In this document: positions 36,132 through 45,384 of the stretch, piece after piece
How the letters are laid out: every line of letters begins with the position of its first letter
How positions within the stretch are numbered: position 1 is the first letter of the stretch
Assembly (NCBI GenBank): GCA_016286055.1
Contig: JAEERW010000002.1
Span: 136,458-200,457, forward strand
From: Bacteroidales bacterium
GTDB lineage: Bacteria; Bacteroidota; Bacteroidia; Bacteroidales; UBA3824
DNA: 64,000 nucleotides
Direction: 5' to 3'
Position numbers and translations under genes: made by a program
The notes under the pieces: generated by a model
Told to the model about the DNA's origin: nothing
Databases searched by the model: none
The model's input: only the letters and a program-made list of their open reading frames with translations

Positions 36132-39100
36132 AAGTCGGGTATGTTGAATAAATTGACCAATAATTGCCGAAATAATCTCGACTGTATGCACTTGCCTCTC
36201 GTTCAAACCAACGTTCACGATGTGATCCATATTTTGGATTTTTAGCATCTAACAAACTTGGAATTCCAATATTGAACAAATACGCAAAACCATAGTGCCT
36301 GCCTTGAATTGTATGACCATACTCGTGCATAAATAAACCGTCGTGAGATGATTTTAAATATGATTCGAAATCTGTTTTAACATAATCTTTAATATTTATG
36401 TTAATAAAATTTCCAATTGTAATGCCATCATTTTTATCGGAATACTCGTCAACACAAAATGTAGCACCATCATAATAGTCCACACGGTCAACTTTGCCGA
36501 TGATATTCCGTATATGTGAATACATATTTCCTAACCCAGTTTGAAGAGATTCCCATGAGTATCTTGAGTTCCAATGCCAGAAGTTTTTAGCTCGAAACAT
36601 ACCCTTATCAATTTGAAATGCATTGCAAATTTTTTTATCGTAGTTTTTCGATGGTATAGAAAGTGCAAACAATGTGCCTTGAAATGGCATAAGCCCTGAT
36701 GCCGTAATGGTAGTGAACAATCCTGTTGCAGCAGTAGCGGTAGCACAGACTGTAACGCAAAACGATACAGGGTCAAGTAGAAACGCGCCGAGAATCCATG
36801 GTTTCCATTTTTCCCCGCTCGGGTCGGTATACTTGAGCGGATTATTCAAGCAATAAGAGTAACGATTGAAGTTCTGAGAGTTCTCCCAATCCTGTACAAA
36901 TGGGTCAGGGGCGAGAAAACGACCAACAAGAGGGTCGTACATTCTGCCGCCCATATCAATAATATCGAACGACGGATAATGCTGATGCACACCGCAGTAG
37001 CCTCGGGTGAACGCGGTAGTGCCTGTGGTTATGGTGCGGTTGCCAAAGGCATCGTAAGATGCCTCAAATGTCGGAGTGGCTTCTTGGTACAAAGTGGTGA
37101 TGCTGCCGAGGTGGTCGGTGAAGACCGTCTCTAACTTCTTGCCACCCAAGGGGTCAATAACGTACACGCCTACTAAACCGTCTGGCGAGTTTATGTAATG
37201 TGTTTTTTGATATATGCCGTAGCCGCCAAGTTCTTCGTAATTAGGAAGAAAGTACTGCGTAATCTCCACACCGAGTACGTTCCGTACCGATTTACGGCGG
37301 ATGTGGTCGGCGTCGTATTTGAACGAAATGCTTGTTTCGGATTCGTCGCTGTACTGAACAGTAATATACTTGGTTTTGTTAAAAGGTGTATAATCAATCT
37401 CTTGCAGAGGATTGATTATCAAAGTGTCGGTGTTGTCTACCGACTCCAAGGCGTGCGGACGTTTGCGGAAATACTCATAATTTCCCAAGCCAGTTTTAAA
37501 CAAGATGTTTCCGTTTTCTGAATAGTCAATATCGGTAACATCATGTCCATTGGTAATTTTTATCAGACGGTCGGCTGGGTCGTATTCGAATGATTCGGGT
37601 TCGGGAAACATCCCGCTCCGGCTCATCAGGTTGCCAGTCTTGGTGTCAAATTTATATGTCATTGTTTTCAACATCGCATCTTCGTACATCATTGTTGTGG
37701 AGACTGGGAAGCCGTATTTGTCGAACGATTGTGTTTTAATGTATTTTCCGTTGATTTCGGCAGAGCGTTCAAAGAGGCTCGAAGATGTGAGTTTCCACAC
37801 GGACATGGCATCCAACTGTATTTCGGTAAGATTGCCTAAATCGTCGTATGTGTAATATTCCGTTGTGCCATCGGGGAACGATTTTGATTCTAAAAGTCCA
37901 TCCTTGTTGTACGCAAAATGGTAGACATATTCGCGTGCTCCGATAGTGTAAGTCTCAGATTTTACGCGGTTTAGATTGTCATATTCGTATTTGGTGGCGA
38001 TATCTCCAAATTGTTTCTTTGTAAGTTTTCCATAGTCATCGTATATATATAAGGTGTTCTCGTCGCCGCTGACACTTTCTGTCAATTGACCGTTTTGATA
38101 AACATTTTCGGTGATGTTGCCTTCCGCGTCGGTCTGTTTTAAAATGTTGCCCCAAACATCGTATTCATATTTAGATACACCTGCGTCAGGGTCGGACAAT
38201 AGGATACGGTTGCCAACTTCGTCGTACTCCAACCTATATTCTGCGCCGGCGGCGTTGATTGCCACAGGCTTGGAGTCAGAATTGTAAGTGTATGCAATTG
38301 TTGCGATGCCGTCGTCGATTGAAAGCAAGTTACCGAATACGTCGTATGTCTTCAAGGTCTTCCTGCCGTCGGTTTCGGTTGTCACGGTGTTTTTGGTGTA
38401 GGTGTATTTTGTAACCGCGCCGTTTGTTCCTGTATGCTCAATGATACGGTTCTGATTGTCGTACACATAACTTTCGTTAAATTCGGTGTCGCCGTAGAGC
38501 GTTTTAGTTTTTATTATGTTTGAAAACTTGTCGTAAGTGTTATAAACCTTTATTTCTACACCGCCTTCACCAACGGTTTCGGTCAGGGTCTTACGTCCGA
38601 GTATGTCGTACCATTGTTTCTGCCACGGAGCGGCAGTTTGCTGAGAAAGAATGAAATAAAACTGTTCTTTGCTTTCGCCCCATCCCTTTTCGGTGGTTGT
38701 GATTGTGCCGTCGGGATATTGTGTTTTTATCAGATTACCCCAATTGTCGTATTTGTATGTGGTTATAAGCGGATTGTTTTGATTTGATATGTCAGTTTCG
38801 GTGGTTAGTCTGCCTAAATCATTGTAGCCGTATTTGATTACGCGATTTTGATTGTTGTCGGTTTTAGTTACGAGTTTTTGTTTTTCGTAGGAGCAATCGG
38901 TTGTAAATTTTTCCGCATTGTCGCCGTAAATATCTGTGTGTATGACGTTTCCATATTCATCGTATGTATATTCTGTTGATACTTGCTTTAATGTGCCGTA
39001 ATTGTCAATTTGTTTTGTTAATGTGCCGGTGATGGCATCATATTCAAAGTGTTTTTGAGTTACAAAACCTTTTGGGTCGTCAGGTGCTTTTTGGATATAG

Positions 39101-41844
39101 GTTGAAAGATGCGGCTGCCACATTCCGCCAGCCATCACGTAGTCGCCATAATATTGCAGTTTGTAATATCCATCGGGATAATGGGTTTCTGTATTTTCTA
39201 AATATCCGTGTTCGGTGTTGTATGTGTTTTGAGTAACTACTACATCACCGTATATGTCTGTATTTTTGATTTTTGACGGATATGTAAAAAAGTTTTTGCC
39301 ACCCAAATCGGTAATGCTATATTCGGTTTCGGTTGTGTTAACAAGCGTATCGTGTCTAATTGTTTGAGTGATTTTTACAGGAGTATAATAATCTGTATTC
39401 CACGAGTTTACCTCAGTTGTAGATATTTCGCCAGTATATTGGTTTTCATAAACTATTTTGTTGAAGCCGAGAAGACCTTTACCTTGTACATTAGCGGTAA
39501 GGTTATAATATTTATAATTTTTGATAATATTGTCAGTAATTCCGTTGATTTCTTCCGAAGAACTTACCACTGCCAACGGCGCAGCAACATCAATCAACGG
39601 GTAGGTCTGATTTTTACCTTTTTGGTAGAAGTTTTTGTTGGTGAGAAAAGTATAGTTGAACGTCGTGGCAGAGAAACAATCTTGTATCAAATTTATTTTA
39701 TTACAGAATGCTTTGTAATTAGAATTGTAATATATATGCCATTTTGGATTATCCTCATTATTCCAATTAAAAAGACAATTGTTACCATAGTTTATAAGTT
39801 CGCGAATGCCGTCACCATTGAAATCGCCAACGGCAAAGTTTGAGTTATAGGCATCGCTTTCGTTGTGAGATGTAGTTTTCTTCCATTCTGTTAGTTTTTT
39901 GCCGTCGGATTTCAACCATAAGGTTTGAGTATAGTCATATACACCCCACGGACTTGACCACATATCATCTTCTTTGTGATACTGTCCACGGGTGGATACA
40001 ATGTCGGATTTTCCGTCCAAGTCGAAATCCAAAATCTGCAAGTCAAACCTGCCGTTGTCGTGACCAGTAAAACCTCGGTCGTAAAAATCTGTTGTAATGG
40101 CGATTGTCTGTTCGAAACCGCCATGTCCTTTATTCATTAAAAAATACCAGTTCTTGTCGTCAGTTTCGGTGTAGACAAAATCTAGCAACCCATCACCGTT
40201 GAAGTCGCCTGAACGGATGATGTAGTATCCATTTATGATGCCTTCAATGTCGGTTTTATTGCTATCGGGGAAATAACCGTCGCCGTCGTTGTATAAAATA
40301 GTGTAGCCCTTTTTGCTAAATATTATGACATCAACAGTGTTGTCGCCGTTGAAGTCGGCGGCAAACATATCCTTAGGCTCTTGCGAAAGATAAAACTCAA
40401 AATCGGAATCGCCGTCTGCCGAAACTAATTTTGCGTTATACCGACCATACTCGTTCTGCTTTTTTTCTACGTAAAAAATTTGCGTTTTGCCATTGCCCTT
40501 GAAATCAGCAAAAGCAAGCGCAGGCATTTCGCTGCAATGCAAGTTGTACCAACGGAAATCAAATATTTGTGCATTTTCGTAGAACCGAAAACCAATTTGT
40601 TCCCAATGACCTTTGGCAACATTTAAACAAGGTATAATTAATTCGTTAGAGCCATTCCCGTTGAAGTCGCCAAAAACGAAACTATTACCTTTTTTAATAT
40701 CGTCCAAAGGTGTTTCAGATTCAATAAAATCTTCTCCCCTGTATGCAAAAACAAATCTGTCGTCTTTTATTAACGTTTCATAAAAAATCACCTTGTTGAT
40801 AAAGTATGTTATATTACCTACCTTTTGTGGAGAAACTAAGATTATGTCGTCCAAACCGTCGGCGGTAATGTCCCCTGTTATTACCATCTGTTCGTAAAAG
40901 TCAACCGGATAGGATATGTCGCTTGCTGAAAAATTAAAAATATCAGGTTCAATATCATCTAAGACATTATGGATGCCTATCCAATTAAATTTGACAGGAG
41001 GTAAGGATTCGCCTTCCGTGTTGGTCTTAGTGATTGCCGACAACCGCGAATAGCCGTCGTTGTCAACGTATGTTAAGTGATATGTATAAATATCTTTGTT
41101 GTAACACTTTACTAATATATCTTTTATACGCTCTTTTAATTCTTGTGGGTGTCCGAAAAAATTACCTTTTACAATATCAGAACGCTGTTCATATTCAAAT
41201 TTGATTTCGCACGTATAACTAAAATCATTGTTAGTATAAACGATACTTTTGGGCATAGTTACAAAAACAGACTGATGGTAGTCGTATAATATAAAGTTGC
41301 CAAAGTTATCTTCAACCTTAGCCAAGTTCCATACCGCAGGTTTTTGCCAAATAATGTCGATATTAGACGACATACCATAACCGTAATAAAAGATTTTTCC
41401 ATCCTTTTTCATTTTGAAATACCTTTCATCAGGGTAGTAGGTGATTTCGGCTGTAAGGTCTCCTTCCAATGTATATTTGTTAGTAGGAACTTTGATAAGC
41501 CGCTTGCCATCCAATAAAAAATCTTCGCCGTGGTTAAAATCAATGCCGGAAGCCATTCCGTCAAAATAAATAGTCTTATTAGTTCGTGTTATTGAAGAAA
41601 AACCGTCTAACATAAAACCAACACCCAAAATGCCGTTTCCACTAATACTGTTATAATTGAGTGATACAGATGGAAACAATCCGTTAGTGCCTTCGGGAAT
41701 CTCAATAGGCAGCGAAAAAACAGCATTGCCCAATTCGCCAACGGTTACCGTGCTGGACAACTTACCCACAGAATATTTGTTATTCTGAGCTATTGCAGAG
41801 ATACTTATCAGTGCGATTAATATGCTTAACAAAGCCTTCCTCAT
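36121..41844 (-). CDS. Secreted SpvB-like / FG-GAP / RHS-repeat protein with Rhs core and a C-terminal hydrophobic + HExxH (zincin-like) toxin module
   Basis: 1907 aa with signal peptide (..SISAIAQ). The SpvB-like block is FSLPIEIPEGTNGLFPSVSLNYNSISGNGILGVGF. Seven FG-GAP/VCBS-like motifs are present (e.g. GDFNGDGLLDFV, LDFDLDGKSDIV, GDFNGDGIRELI), along with many YD repeats (YTYDEYGNVI, YKYDNWGNLI, YEYDVWGNIL...). The Rhs core end is GRMYDPLVGRFLAPDPF..NRYSYCLNNPLKYTDPSGE at nt 36811-36825. A 229-aa C-terminal module follows, with HEYGH at nt 36313-36327. Confidence 0.85.
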   Translation of the reverse strand: MRKALLSILIALISISAIAQNNKYSVGKLSSTVTVGELGNAVFSLPIEIPEGTNGLFPSVSLNYNSISGNGILGVGFMLDGFSSITRTNKTIYFDGMASGIDFNHGEDFLLDGKRLIKVPTNKYTLEGDLTAEITYYPDERYFKMKKDGKIFYYGYGMSSNIDIIWQKPAVWNLAKVEDNFGNFILYDYHQSVFVTMPKSIVYTNNDFSYTCEIKFEYEQRSDIVKGNFFGHPQELKERIKDILVKCYNKDIYTYHLTYVDNDGYSRLSAITKTNTEGESLPPVKFNWIGIHNVLDDIEPDIFNFSASDISYPVDFYEQMVITGDITADGLDDIILVSPQKVGNITYFINKVIFYETLIKDDRFVFAYRGEDFIESETPLDDIKKGNSFVFGDFNGNGSNELIIPCLNVAKGHWEQIGFRFYENAQIFDFRWYNLHCSEMPALAFADFKGNGKTQIFYVEKKQNEYGRYNAKLVSADGDSDFEFYLSQEPKDMFAADFNGDNTVDVIIFSKKGYTILYNDGDGYFPDSNKTDIEGIINGYYIIRSGDFNGDGLLDFVYTETDDKNWYFLMNKGHGGFEQTIAITTDFYDRGFTGHDNGRFDLQILDFDLDGKSDIVSTRGQYHKEDDMWSSPWGVYDYTQTLWLKSDGKKLTEWKKTTSHNESDAYNSNFAVGDFNGDGIRELINYGNNCLFNWNNEDNPKWHIYYNSNYKAFCNKINLIQDCFSATTFNYTFLTNKNFYQKGKNQTYPLIDVAAPLAVVSSSEEINGITDNIIKNYKYYNLTANVQGKGLLGFNKIVYENQYTGEISTTEVNSWNTDYYTPVKITQTIRHDTLVNTTETEYSITDLGGKNFFTYPSKIKNTDIYGDVVVTQNTYNTEHGYLENTETHYPDGYYKLQYYGDYVMAGGMWQPHLSTYIQKAPDDPKGFVTQKHFEYDAITGTLTKQIDNYGTLKQVSTEYTYDEYGNVIHTDIYGDNAEKFTTDCSYEKQKLVTKTDNNQNRVIKYGYNDLGRLTTETDISNQNNPLITTYKYDNWGNLIKTQYPDGTITTTEKGWGESKEQFYFILSQQTAAPWQKQWYDILGRKTLTETVGEGGVEIKVYNTYDKFSNIIKTKTLYGDTEFNESYVYDNQNRIIEHTGTNGAVTKYTYTKNTVTTETDGRKTLKTYDVFGNLLSIDDGIATIAYTYNSDSKPVAINAAGAEYRLEYDEVGNRILLSDPDAGVSKYEYDVWGNILKQTDAEGNITENVYQNGQLTESVSGDENTLYIYDDYGKLTKKQFGDIATKYEYDNLNRVKSETYTIGAREYVYHFAYNKDGLLESKSFPDGTTEYYTYDDLGNLTEIQLDAMSVWKLTSSSLFERSAEINGKYIKTQSFDKYGFPVSTTMMYEDAMLKTMTYKFDTKTGNLMSRSGMFPEPESFEYDPADRLIKITNGHDVTDIDYSENGNILFKTGLGNYEYFRKRPHALESVDNTDTLIINPLQEIDYTPFNKTKYITVQYSDESETSISFKYDADHIRRKSVRNVLGVEITQYFLPNYEELGGYGIYQKTHYINSPDGLVGVYVIDPLGGKKLETVFTDHLGSITTLYQEATPTFEASYDAFGNRTITTGTTAFTRGYCGVHQHYPSFDIIDMGGRMYDPLVGRFLAPDPFVQDWENSQNFNRYSYCLNNPLKYTDPSGEKWKPWILGAFLLDPVSFCVTVCATATAATGLFTTITASGLMPFQGTLFALSIPSKNYDKKICNAFQIDKGMFRAKNFWHWNSRYSWESLQTGLGNMYSHIRNIIGKVDRVDYYDGATFCVDEYSDKNDGITIGNFININIKDYVKTDFESYLKSSHDGLFMHEYGHTIQGRHYGFAYLFNIGIPSLLDAKNPKYGSHRERWFEREASAYSRDYFGNYWSIYSTYPTYGF

Positions 41845-42236
41845 TCTTTCAAAATTTTATAAGTTTTGTCAGAAATGTTTAACAAATATATTCCGCTTGG
41901 CAGATTTGTCAAATCTATATTATTACTCTCCATCAAATCGTTTATTGTCAAGACAATACGTCCGAACAAATCAATAATTACAGCCTTATGAACTTCTTGT
42001 TGATAAAGTTCGATTTGCAAAAAATCTTTAACCGGATTTGGGTAAATTTTTACAAACTCATCCTGAATTACAGACTCTTGAATGTCTGCAATAGAAGTTT
42101 GAAGTTCTGGCTTGGGCAGGTCAACAAAACGTAACACCCTTGCCCCGTTGTCGTTATAATCGAATGTAACTTTTTGGGCATAAGATATTTTGCACAAAAA
42201 CAACACTACGAGTATTAGTGTAGCAGTATATTTCAT
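41841..42236 (-). CDS. Mini-protein: signal peptide + one YD-repeat-like strand + T9SS type A C-terminal sorting domain
   Basis: Start set at MKYTATLILVVLFLCKISYAQ. The mature N-terminus KVTFDYNDNGARVLRF resembles the YD repeats of the downstream Rhs gene. The CTD pattern is KIYPNPVKDFLQIEL..IIDLFGRIV..LPSGIYLLNISDK. The stop overlaps the Rhs ATG (ATGA). Confidence 0.65.
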   Translation of the reverse strand: MKYTATLILVVLFLCKISYAQKVTFDYNDNGARVLRFVDLPKPELQTSIADIQESVIQDEFVKIYPNPVKDFLQIELYQQEVHKAVIIDLFGRIVLTINDLMESNNIDLTNLPSGIYLLNISDKTYKILKE

Positions 42237-42252
42237 AGTTAGTAGTTTTTTG

Positions 42253-42260
42253 CAAAAATA
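42253..42260 (-). promoter_or_regulatory. -7 promoter box TATTTTTG upstream of the mini-protein/Rhs operon
   Basis: The reverse complement of caaaaata matches TAnnTTTG. It lies 17 nt upstream of ATG 42236. Confidence 0.45.
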
Positions 42261-42449
42261 GATAAATAATGAACGTAGCAACGCTACTCTTTGTTAAAAA
42301 ACGTTAACAATTAATACCTTACATATTTTATCCCAGCCTCACAAACTTAACACTCAGATCCATTTAGAAGATGGACACATCGTCGTATCAATGTAACACT
42401 TTAATCAAAAATAAACAACCTCTTAACGTGTAAAAATCAAAAAAAATTC

Positions 42450-42457
42450 TACTTTTG
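42450..42457 (+). promoter_or_regulatory. -7 promoter box TACTTTTG upstream of uvrA
   Basis: Matches TAnnTTTG and lies 14 nt upstream of ATG 42471. Confidence 0.5.
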
Positions 42458-42470
42458 CAAAGTTTTATCA

Positions 42471-45380
42471 ATGATAATTGCCAAGTTGGAAAATTCAGAT
42501 AACATAGCAGCAGCAGAATCGCTCGACCTCGAAAATATCCACGTGTACGGCGCACGTGTACACAATCTTAAAAATATCGACGTTACCATTCCGCGCAACA
42601 AACTTACTGTGGTAACAGGACTTAGCGGCAGCGGCAAATCGTCGCTGGCATTCGACACCATTTTTGCCGAGGGTCAAAGACGTTACATCGAAACTTTCGA
42701 TGCCTACGCACGTCAGTTTCTCGGTGGTTTGGAGCGTCCCGACGTGGATAAAATCACTGGTCTAAGCCCCGTTATCAGCATCGAACAGAAATCCACCAAC
42801 AAAAATCCGCGTAGCACAGTTGGCACTATTACAGAGATTTACGACTTTATGCGTCTCTGGTTTGCGCGTGCGGGCGAGGCTTATAGTTACCTCAGCGGCA
42901 AAAAAATGGTGAAATACACTTCTGATCAGATACTTGCGCTCATTACCGAACGATATGGAGGCAAACGTGTAATTGTTCTCGCCCCCGTGGTGCAGGGTCG
43001 CAAGGGTCATTACCGCGAACTGTTTGAGCAAATACGCCGAAAAGGTTACGTACAGGTGCGTGTAGACGGTGTGGTAAAAGATATTATCGTAAATATGAAA
43101 ACCGACCGCTACAAAACTCACAACATAGAGATAGTAATCGATAAGTTGGTTGTGCCCAAAGACGGCGCAGCGGGCGGAGGAATGGAGCGTGTAAAATCGT
43201 CGATTAACACCGCTATGCAGTTTGGCAAGGGCATAATTATGCTTATGGATGCCGACACTGGCGAAACAAGATATTACAGCAGGCTTTTGATGTGTCCCGA
43301 AACAGGACTTTCGTATGCTGAGCCTGCTCCCAACAATTTTTCGTTCAACTCGCCCACAGGATGCTGTCCACGGTGCAAGGGTTTGGGTTTTGTAGATATT
43401 ATCGACGTACAAAAGGTGGTTCCCGACCGCACTCTCAGCATCAAGAAAGGCGCAATTGTACCATTGGGCAAATATCGCGACAATTTTGTGTTCCGTCAGT
43501 TGGAGGCAATTGCCGAGCGCGATGGTTTTTCGCTCGACACACCCGTGCAAGACCTTCCGCCCGAAGCGTTAGACACTGCGCTCTACGGTTCGGCAGAGCC
43601 TGTAAAGATGGAGTGGCTTAGGATGTACGGCTCAGGTTCGTCCACCTACGACGGCATTATTAAATACCTCGAAAACGCTGTTGACGACGACACCAACGAA
43701 GACATTGCTCAAAAATACTCCACTCAGGCAGTTTGTCCCGAATGTGGCGGAATGCGTCTCAACCGCGAGGCTCTTAGTTACCGAATTGCCGACAAAAACA
43801 TTGCGGAACTCTCCACTATGGACATTGCCGAATTGTCGCAATTTTTGCAAAACGTTGATTCTCAACTATCTCCCAAACAGAAAGAGATTTCATCCGAAAT
43901 ACTCAAAGAGATAAAAAACCGTGTGGGCTTTATGCTCGATGTGGGTTTGGATTATCTCAGTCTTTTCCGTCCAGCACAGACACTTTCGGGCGGTGAGGCT
44001 CAGCGCATTAGACTTGCCACGCAGATAGGTTCAAAACTCGTAAACGTGCTTTATATTCTCGACGAGCCAAGCATCGGTCTTCATCAGCGCGACAACGACA
44101 AGTTAATATCTTCGCTAAAAAAACTCCGCGACGAGGGCAACTCCATAATCGTGGTGGAGCACGACAAGGATATGATTAAAAATGCCGACTTTGTTATCGA
44201 CATTGGTCCTGGCGCAGGTCGTCTCGGTGGTTTTGTTACTGCCGAATGTGAACCCGCTATGCTCAAAGACAAAGATACGCTCACAGCCAAATATATTTCG
44301 GGCGAATTAGATATTGAGGTTCCAGAAAAGCACCGCGAAGGCAACGGCAAGTTTATCGAACTCAAAGGCGCAACTGGCAACAACCTCAAAAACGTTGACC
44401 TTAAAATTCCGCTCGGCAAACTTGTGCTTGTAACAGGCGTTTCGGGTAGCGGCAAGAGTACGCTCATCAACGAAACCCTCCGTCCGATACTCACAAAGCA
44501 TTTTTACCGCTCTCTGCAAGAGCCATTGCCCTACAAGAGTATTTCGGGACTGGAAAATATCGACAAGGTGATAGAGGTAAACCAAGAACCCATTGGACGC
44601 ACACCGCGCTCAAACCCCTGCACCTACACCAACATTTTCAGCGACATCCGTCAACTTTACGCTGAACTTCCACAATCTAAAATTATGGGATTCAAGCCAG
44701 GAAGGTTTTCGTTTAACGTTAAGGGCGGACGCTGCGAAGATTGCCAAGGAGCAGGCGTTAAGACTGTGGAGATGAATTTCTTGCCCGATGTCTACGTAAA
44801 ATGCGATGCTTGCAACGGTCGCCGCTACAATCGTGAAACTCTTGAAGTTAAGTTTAAGGGCAAATCAATTTCCGATGTTTTGGATATGACCATCAACCGT
44901 GCTTGCGAGTTTTTTGAGAATGTGCCCAAGATATTAAAAAAACTCCGCGCACTGCAAGATGTTGGTATGGGCTACGTAACTCTCGGTCAGGCTGCCACTA
45001 CCCTATCAGGCGGCGAGGCTCAGCGTATAAAACTTGCTGCCGAACTATCCAAAAACGACACTGGCAAAACACTTTATATATTAGACGAACCCACCACAGG
45101 TCTGCATTTAGAAGACATCCGCATACTTATGAACGTGCTAAACAAACTCGTGGACAAGGGCAACACCGTGGTAATCATCGAACACAATTTAGACGTTATC
45201 AAAACCGCCGACTATATCATCGACCTTGGTCCTGAGGGCGGACGTCGCGGTGGCGAAATCATTGTGCAAGGTACTCCCGAAGAGATTGTAAAACAAGGAG
45301 TTGGATTTACTGCGCAATACCTTGCCCCAGAATTGAAGGCTGCGGCAGAATACCGCACACGTCAGTTGTCAAAACAATAA
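42471..45380 (+). CDS. uvrA: Excinuclease ABC subunit A
   Basis: 969 aa with two ABC modules (GLSGSGKSSLAF, GVSGSGKSTLI, and LSGGEAQRI twice) and zinc-finger CxxC pairs. Confidence 0.95.
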   Translation: MIIAKLENSDNIAAAESLDLENIHVYGARVHNLKNIDVTIPRNKLTVVTGLSGSGKSSLAFDTIFAEGQRRYIETFDAYARQFLGGLERPDVDKITGLSPVISIEQKSTNKNPRSTVGTITEIYDFMRLWFARAGEAYSYLSGKKMVKYTSDQILALITERYGGKRVIVLAPVVQGRKGHYRELFEQIRRKGYVQVRVDGVVKDIIVNMKTDRYKTHNIEIVIDKLVVPKDGAAGGGMERVKSSINTAMQFGKGIIMLMDADTGETRYYSRLLMCPETGLSYAEPAPNNFSFNSPTGCCPRCKGLGFVDIIDVQKVVPDRTLSIKKGAIVPLGKYRDNFVFRQLEAIAERDGFSLDTPVQDLPPEALDTALYGSAEPVKMEWLRMYGSGSSTYDGIIKYLENAVDDDTNEDIAQKYSTQAVCPECGGMRLNREALSYRIADKNIAELSTMDIAELSQFLQNVDSQLSPKQKEISSEILKEIKNRVGFMLDVGLDYLSLFRPAQTLSGGEAQRIRLATQIGSKLVNVLYILDEPSIGLHQRDNDKLISSLKKLRDEGNSIIVVEHDKDMIKNADFVIDIGPGAGRLGGFVTAECEPAMLKDKDTLTAKYISGELDIEVPEKHREGNGKFIELKGATGNNLKNVDLKIPLGKLVLVTGVSGSGKSTLINETLRPILTKHFYRSLQEPLPYKSISGLENIDKVIEVNQEPIGRTPRSNPCTYTNIFSDIRQLYAELPQSKIMGFKPGRFSFNVKGGRCEDCQGAGVKTVEMNFLPDVYVKCDACNGRRYNRETLEVKFKGKSISDVLDMTINRACEFFENVPKILKKLRALQDVGMGYVTLGQAATTLSGGEAQRIKLAAELSKNDTGKTLYILDEPTTGLHLEDIRILMNVLNKLVDKGNTVVIIEHNLDVIKTADYIIDLGPEGGRRGGEIIVQGTPEEIVKQGVGFTAQYLAPELKAAAEYRTRQLSKQ

Positions 45381-45384
45381 TAAT

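Noticed and set aside
42762-43550. 262-aa minus-strand ORF, plus other antisense ORFs inside uvrA.
   Set aside because: It lies inside uvrA, whose ABC and zinc-finger motifs are unambiguous, and has no motifs of its own.
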